NCBI GenBank assembly: GCA_047602425.1
Contig: JASGHG010000001.1
Location: forward strand, 1,984,001-2,048,000
DNA: 64,000 nucleotides
Direction of reading: 5' to 3'
From: Nibricoccus sp.
GTDB taxonomy: Bacteria; Verrucomicrobiota; Verrucomicrobiia; Opitutales; Opitutaceae
Positions 58,722 to 64,000 of this stretch are shown piece by piece; the first letter of the stretch is position 1; each line of letters begins with the position of its first letter. The position numbers and the translations under genes are program-made. The notes below the pieces were generated by a model. It saw only the letters and a program-made list of their open reading frames with translations. It did no database searches and was not told the DNA's origin.

Positions 58722-59171
58722 ATGGCTTTCCCGCACGACTTCACGCCTCCCACCCGCTTGGACGACCAACCGGAGCTCGGCGACATCAAGATTAACCACG
58801 ATGTCGTTGCCAGCATCGTGCGTCTCGCCGCACTGCAAGTCCCCGGCGTCGCAGGCGTGGGCGGCGGCCTCGTCGATGGCATCAGCGAACTTTTTTCAAA
58901 ACGCGAGGCCGACAAACGCGGCGTGAAGGTCACCGAGGACGCCAAGGGCGACTACGCCATCGAACTTCGCATCGTCGTCACCTACGGTTCCGAAATTGGC
59001 CGAACCGCCTACGAGACCCAAGTCGCCGTGCGCAAGCAGGTCATCGCCATGACCGACAAGAGCGTCGCTCGCGTCGATGTCATTGTGGAAGGCGTGCGCC
59101 TGCCCAGTTCGGGCTCCTCCACTGGCGCCGATCGCCCCGACGATCTTTGGGCCGGCATCTCCACGGACTGA
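58722..59171 (+). CDS. Asp23/Gls24-family protein
   Basis: G.IKI..DVVA.I...A...VPGV...GVKV...V.YG..I......Q..V...V..MT......VDV.V.GV. Confidence 0.85.
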   Translation: MAFPHDFTPPTRLDDQPELGDIKINHDVVASIVRLAALQVPGVAGVGGGLVDGISELFSKREADKRGVKVTEDAKGDYAIELRIVVTYGSEIGRTAYETQVAVRKQVIAMTDKSVARVDVIVEGVRLPSSGSSTGADRPDDLWAGISTD

Positions 59172-59179
59172 AAAACATC

Positions 59180-59593
59180 GTGTCGCAAGTTTTCGAATAC
59201 ATCGCCAATGCTCCCGCGCTGCTGATCGCCGCGTGGGCCGCCGTCGGCCTGCTGGCAGCCCTGCTGCTCTTGCGCAAACCCAAGAGCCTGCTGCTCGCCT
59301 CCAACGAAACCGGTCGCCTGGAAATCTCGCGCCACGCCCTGCACCGCCTGCTTGAGGCCTGTTGCCAACAACTTCGCGGCGTCGTCTCCGCCCGCGCCCG
59401 CGTTTCCCGCAGCCGCGGTAAATTCAAAACTTTCCTCCGTCTCAAGGTTCGTCCCGACGCCAAACTCGACGCCATTCACGGCTACCTCTCGCAGGAAATC
59501 GGCGAAATCTACCGCCAAAATCTCGGCATCACCGAAGTCGGCTCCGTCGAAATCGAAGTCGTCGGCGTCATCTCCGAGCAGAAGGAATTCTGA
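59180..59593 (+). CDS. AmaP-like membrane-anchored Asp23-fold protein
   Basis: N-terminal TM, then G.LEISR.AL..L...GV..AR..V...Q.EI......LGI.....VEI.V. Adjacent to the asp23-like gene. GTG start inferred. Confidence 0.6.
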   Translation: MSQVFEYIANAPALLIAAWAAVGLLAALLLLRKPKSLLLASNETGRLEISRHALHRLLEACCQQLRGVVSARARVSRSRGKFKTFLRLKVRPDAKLDAIHGYLSQEIGEIYRQNLGITEVGSVEIEVVGVISEQKEF

Positions 59594-59613
59594 TTTTCGG
59601 AGCCTCGGAAAGT

Positions 59614-59791
59614 TACACAGAGGGCACGAGAGGGAGCACAGAGGCCATAGAGCTCTCGTTTCCCTCGCCAAACTTGAAAGCCACGCACTGCATTGCGACG
59701 CAGCTTTATGAGCCCCCATCCGTGCAATCCGTGGTTAAAACCATGCCTTTTACTCCGAGGTCTCTGCGCTACCTCTCGTGCCCTCTGTGTA
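59614..59791. repeat. Intergenic element with terminal inverted repeats
   Basis: TACACAGAGGGCACGAGAGG (59614-59633) is the exact reverse complement of 59772-59791, extending imperfectly to ~39 bp. Confidence 0.8.
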
Positions 59792-59818
59792 CCTCTCCGA
59801 AAAAATTCAGAGTTCAGC

Positions 59819-60691
59819 TCACGCGGGTCGCACAAAAACCAAATCCGCCCACTCACCCATTAGGCGCGATTCGCAGGTCCAGGTCGGTACAAGCAACGTG
59901 AACCGCTCGCGCACTTTGTCGATTTCCTGCGCAAGAATGCCACTCATGGCCAGCATGCCGCCGCGCGCCACCGCGCCCGTCAATTCACAGCCAAAGCGCA
60001 TCAGCACGTCGGCCTGAATATTCGCCAGCAAAACGTCCGCCGGCTTGCCAACCAGCCCGGTCGTGAGATCGCCGGTAAAAAATCTCAGCTTGCCAGCAAC
60101 TCCGTTCAACACCGCGTTTTCCTCGCTCACGCGCACGGCTTCGGGATCGTTATCGAACCCAACCACATCGCTAAAACCAAGCTTGTGCGCCGACAGAGCC
60201 AGAATTCCGGAACCGCAACCCGCGTCGACCACCCGGCCCGTCGTGCCGTGTTTTTCCGCGAAAGCCACGAGCCGCTCCACGCAAAGGCGCGTCGTTTCGT
60301 GATTACCCGTGCCAAACGCCAATCCCGGATCGAGCCAGATCACCGCCTCGCCCGCCGGTAATTTGAAATTTTCGCGTTCCCAAACCGGCACCCAGTGCAA
60401 ACGCCCAAATTTCCACGCCTTGAAATGAGCCTTGTAACTTTCGCGCCAGTCCTGATCCGCCAAAACGTGCAAATTCCCTTCGTCAATCGGCGTGCCGGGC
60501 AGCAATGGCTTCAATTCCGCCCAAGCCGCCCGAGCCTGCGCTTCGCTCTCAAACACACCGACAATCCAGGCCCGGCGCACAATCACGTCCTCTAGCACAC
60601 TCCAGTTTTCCACGCCAAGCTCCAGCAAGAGCGTGTCCACAGCTTCGACTTCGGCAGGAGCGATCTCGATTTTAAATTCGAACAAATTCAT
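59819..60691 (-). CDS. prmA: Ribosomal protein L11 methyltransferase
   Basis: [39 protein letters not shown]. Confidence 0.92.
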   Translation of the reverse strand: MNLFEFKIEIAPAEVEAVDTLLLELGVENWSVLEDVIVRRAWIVGVFESEAQARAAWAELKPLLPGTPIDEGNLHVLADQDWRESYKAHFKAWKFGRLHWVPVWERENFKLPAGEAVIWLDPGLAFGTGNHETTRLCVERLVAFAEKHGTTGRVVDAGCGSGILALSAHKLGFSDVVGFDNDPEAVRVSEENAVLNGVAGKLRFFTGDLTTGLVGKPADVLLANIQADVLMRFGCELTGAVARGGMLAMSGILAQEIDKVRERFTLLVPTWTCESRLMGEWADLVFVRPA

Positions 60692-60787
60692 TTAGCGCTA
60701 GCACACGACGACGCGTCCAGCGCCGCAATGCCAAACCTCGGCCGCTGCGCGCTCGACTCCGCCCCTCCGTCCGTTTCCCTAGCAAGC

Positions 60788-62740
60788 ATGTCCGCGTCAC
60801 GCCCTGCCCCACCCAAATCGCCCGCCAACACGTCGGCGAACATGGGCCATCTGTTTGGCGGCGTTGTTCTCGTTCTGCTCATCGTCCTCGCCTATGCCAA
60901 CACCTTTCAGGTTCCATTGCTGTTCGATGACGAGCCTTCGATTGCAAAAAACGAAAGTATTCGACATCTCGCTACAATCTTCTCGCCACCCAAAAACGGC
61001 GAACCCGTCACCGGCCGTCCGCTGCTCAACGCCTCTTTTGCGCTCAACTATGCACTCACCGGCCTTTCGCTTCCCGGTCTTCACCTAACCAATATCCTGA
61101 TACACACGCTTGCCGCGCTCACGCTGTTCGGGGTGCTTCGCCGCACGCTCAAATTGCCCGCGCTCCGCGAAAAATTCTCCAATTCCGCCGATCTATTCGC
61201 CTGGTTCGCCACCGCGCTCTGGGCTTTGCACCCGCTGCAAACCGAATCCGTCACCTACCTTTCGCAGCGCGCCGAATCTCTCGTCGGACTTTTCTATCTG
61301 CTCGCGCTCTATTCGTTTATTCGCGCCAACGAAGTTTTGGCTTCGCGCCGCTGGTTGTTGCTCACTTGGTTCGTCTGCCTAGCGGGAGTCTCCGCGAAGG
61401 AGGTCATGGTGACCTTCCCAGTCGTCGCGCTGCTCTATGAACGCATTTTTTTGCGCGGCAGTTTCCGCGAATGCTGGCAGCACAACAGCCGGCTGTACCT
61501 CGCGCTCGGCAGCACGTGGCTCCTGCTGGCCTGGCTGGTCTTCAGCGGCAGCGCGCGTGGAAACACTGTCGGGTTTGCCGGCAACGTCACTTGGTGGGGC
61601 TACCTCTGCACGCAGGGCTACGCGATCGTACGCTATCTTGTTTTAGCGGTTTTTCCCAGTTCGCTTAGCTTCGACTATGGTCCGCTTGTCGTAAAAAATT
61701 CCGCTGTTGTCGCGTTGTGTGGTGCGCTGGTCCTTGCACTCCTGACCGCCACCGGCATCGCTTTCAAGCGTCGTCCTGCTCTCGGCTTTTTCGGAGCGTG
61801 GTTTTTTCTGATCCTCGCGCCCACTTCGAGCGTGGTCCCCGTCATCACGCAGACGGTGGCCGAGCATCGCCTTTATCTGCCGCTCGCCGCGCTCACCACC
61901 GGCGTGACCCTTCTCCTCTGGCACTGCCCGCGGAAAATTCAGTTTGCCGCGCTGGGAACTTTGGTTCTATCAAGCGGTTTTATAACATTTCAGCGCAATA
62001 GCACCTATCGTTCCGCAACCAGCCTTTGGGAAGACACGGTCGCCAAACGCCCCGAGAACCCCCGCGCTCTCAACAATCTCGGCCTGCTCTACGTGAAACA
62101 AAAGCAGTACGACGAGGGCATAAGAACGTTGCGTAAGGTCCTCACTCTCGACCCCGGCACCACGGAAACAAACTACAACCTCGGCTATGCCCTCACCCGT
62201 CTAGGTCGAGACGAGGAAGCTCTGAAATATTACCAAGCCGCGCTCACGGCCAAGGCCGACAATCTTGACGCCCTCGTCAACTATGCCGCCGCGTTGCTTC
62301 GCCTCGGACGTATCGACGAATCCATGACACAAAACCTCGCTGCCCTCCGCCTCGCTCCGCAGCAGGCCGAGGCTCATCACAATTTAGGACAAGCCCTGCT
62401 TCGCACCGGTCGCACCGCTGAAGGCTTCGATCATCTCTATAAAGCCGTGCAACTCGCACCCAATGACGACGGATTTTTCCGAGTCTTCGTCAGCCGCCTG
62501 CTCGAAACCGGCCGCTCAGCCGATGCCATTTCCGCCTGCGAAATAAGACTCCAACAAAATCCGTCGGCCGATCTCTACACCTACGCTGGCGTTCTCTACG
62601 CGCAAAACCGCCAACTCGAAAAAGCCCGCGATGCGTTTCAAGCCGCACTCCGTCTGGACCCCACTCACAACGAAGCTACCCAAAACCTCGCCCGCGCCAC
62701 CGCCCTGCTCGAAAAACATTCCTCCACCCCGTCTCACTGA
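60788..62740 (+). CDS. Multi-TM plus TPR protein (TMTC-like, putative GT-C glycosyltransferase)
   Basis: FDD..I..N..I, GRPL...SFALNY, HP.QTESV.Y..QRAE, KE, AEHRLYLP, LWEDT, then TPR repeats. Confidence 0.75.
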   Translation: MSASRPAPPKSPANTSANMGHLFGGVVLVLLIVLAYANTFQVPLLFDDEPSIAKNESIRHLATIFSPPKNGEPVTGRPLLNASFALNYALTGLSLPGLHLTNILIHTLAALTLFGVLRRTLKLPALREKFSNSADLFAWFATALWALHPLQTESVTYLSQRAESLVGLFYLLALYSFIRANEVLASRRWLLLTWFVCLAGVSAKEVMVTFPVVALLYERIFLRGSFRECWQHNSRLYLALGSTWLLLAWLVFSGSARGNTVGFAGNVTWWGYLCTQGYAIVRYLVLAVFPSSLSFDYGPLVVKNSAVVALCGALVLALLTATGIAFKRRPALGFFGAWFFLILAPTSSVVPVITQTVAEHRLYLPLAALTTGVTLLLWHCPRKIQFAALGTLVLSSGFITFQRNSTYRSATSLWEDTVAKRPENPRALNNLGLLYVKQKQYDEGIRTLRKVLTLDPGTTETNYNLGYALTRLGRDEEALKYYQAALTAKADNLDALVNYAAALLRLGRIDESMTQNLAALRLAPQQAEAHHNLGQALLRTGRTAEGFDHLYKAVQLAPNDDGFFRVFVSRLLETGRSADAISACEIRLQQNPSADLYTYAGVLYAQNRQLEKARDAFQAALRLDPTHNEATQNLARATALLEKHSSTPSH

Positions 62741-62761
62741 TCGTCTCCCCGCTTCCCACTA

Positions 62762-62893
62762 AAACCGTTTGTCATCTATTAAATGACAAACCTGCATTTT
62801 TGTAAGATCTGCATTTTTTGGAAGATCGTCCCTTCGAGGATGACGGGGTCGCAAACAGACCGCTTTGTAGTTTAATAGATGACATAACGGTTT
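62762..62893. repeat. AT-rich REP/MITE-like element with terminal inverted repeats
   Basis: AAACCGTTTGTCATCTATTAAA (62762-62783) versus TTTAATAGATGACATAACGGTTT (62871-62893): reverse complement with one extra base. The left arm also forms the hairpin TTTGTCAT...ATGACAAA. Confidence 0.75.
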
Positions 62894-63022
62894 AATAGGA
62901 CTAACTCGGGTTTACCTCAACAGACTATACATAGGCCGGCGCGAGAGGCCGATGCCATGTTCGCAGATGGACAGGGCTAGGTAGCGCTGGACTCTGGGCG
63001 CGGCGCTTGTTGACCTTTCGCC

Positions 63023-64000
63023 ATGTCCGCTCCCAAAGCAAAAGCCACCATTGCGCCGCCCGCCCCCGGCGTTGCATTCGGTCCGGGCGATCGTTTTGGT
63101 TCCCCCCGCTTTCTTTTTTTGGGCGCCGTGTTGCTGACCCTGCTGGTTTTTGGTGCATTCATCAACGGCATCAAAGGTCCGTACATTTTCGACGACGCTG
63201 ATTCGATCCTGAATAACACCAGCATTCGCTCGTTCAAAACCGCGCTCATGCCGCCGATGCAAAACGGCATCACGGTTAGCGGTCGTCCTGTCCTCAACTT
63301 CAGTTTCGCGATCAACTATCTCTTTTGCGAAACACGCAACGAGGGCGTGCATCTTGGCAACATCCTCATCCATGCGCTGGCCGCGCTTGCCTTCTGGGGA
63401 GTGGTTCGTCGAACACTGACGATGCCCGCCCTCACAGGACGCTTTGCGCACAATGCCACCTGGCTGGCGTGGTTCGCCGCCGCACTCTGGGCCGTGCATC
63501 CGCTGCAAACCGAATCAGTGACTTATGCGGTGCAACGTGCGGAATCCCTCGTCGGCCTGTTTTATCTCTTCACGTTGTATTGCTTCATTCGCTACACGAA
63601 AACGCGCAGCTCGATCTGGTTTCTTTCCTCAGCGACTGTCTGCCTGCTCGGCATGGGAACGAAAGAGGTCATGGCCACCGCGCCATTCATAATTTTTCTC
63701 TATGATCGCACATTCGTGAGCGGCAGCTTCAAAAAAGCCTGGCAACAACATCGCTGGCTGCATCTGGTCCACGCCGCCACTTTGCTTTTGCTGGCCGCAC
63801 TTGTAATCGCCACGAAATCGCGCGGCGGCTCGGTCGGCACCGACGACACCGTTACGCGCTGGGGCTATCTCTGCACGCAGGCATACGCTGCTGTGCATTA
63901 TGTACAACTCAGTGTCTGGCCAGCCGGTCTTGCGCTCGACTATGGCACGCTCGTGGTACGCGATATGCTCACAATTGTCTCTTGTGGATTGATCGTTATT
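63023..64000 (+). CDS. Second TMTC-like multi-TM protein (paralogue of 60788-62740), runs off the window
   Basis: Not in the ORF track because it has no stop in the window. Reads MSAPKAK...YIFDDADSILNNTSIR..SGRPVLNFSFAINY..HPLQTESVTYAVQRAESLVGLFYL..TKEVM. Confidence 0.85.
   Translation, partial: MSAPKAKATIAPPAPGVAFGPGDRFGSPRFLFLGAVLLTLLVFGAFINGIKGPYIFDDADSILNNTSIRSFKTALMPPMQNGITVSGRPVLNFSFAINYLFCETRNEGVHLGNILIHALAALAFWGVVRRTLTMPALTGRFAHNATWLAWFAAALWAVHPLQTESVTYAVQRAESLVGLFYLFTLYCFIRYTKTRSSIWFLSSATVCLLGMGTKEVMATAPFIIFLYDRTFVSGSFKKAWQQHRWLHLVHAATLLLLAALVIATKSRGGSVGTDDTVTRWGYLCTQAYAAVHYVQLSVWPAGLALDYGTLVVRDMLTIVSCGLIVI

Overview
Bacterial chromosomal window. Gene content and protein styles suggest Opitutaceae/Verrucomicrobiota, but this is an impression, not a search result. 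It has two parts. (1) Positions 1-21.5 kb are accessory DNA at the 3' end of the tmRNA (ssrA) locus. Two direct copies of a tmRNA 3'-end fragment (964-990 and 21489-21515, 26/27 identical; the right copy is followed by a terminator) bracket a ~20.5 kb, visibly AT-richer island with no integrase. The island holds one co-oriented minus-strand gene cluster. In transcription order: nine tandem paralogous signal-peptide proteins built from GNVGIGT-delimited variable modules plus a conserved tail-fibre/chaperone-like C-terminal domain (first and last copies frameshifted); a small secreted protein ending in YD repeats; a 1988-aa signal-peptide Rhs protein with an N-terminal transglutaminase-like domain and a DPxG-delimited C-terminal tip; an overlapping 2-TM immunity-like gene; and a secreted Ig-repeat protein with a truncated paralogue. 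This cluster is the best candidate for an undescribed system: a Sec-exported Rhs toxin with a repertoire of interchangeable fibre-like targeting proteins. (2) Positions 21.6-64 kb are GC-rich backbone: PA0069-type radical SAM, YciF-like ferritin, multi-PAS hybrid kinase, SDR and Gfo/Idh/MocA oxidoreductases, an RsbR-S-T-X stressosome module linked to a HisKA_3 kinase/LuxR regulator pair, an ABC exporter, a 1874-aa repetitive surface protein with a GlyGly-CTERM-like tail, RsuA-family synthase, YhbY, a multiheme cytochrome-TPR protein, accB-accC-asp23-amaP, prmA, and two tandem TMTC-like TPR membrane proteins. All family assignments come from motif recognition by eye; no searches were run.
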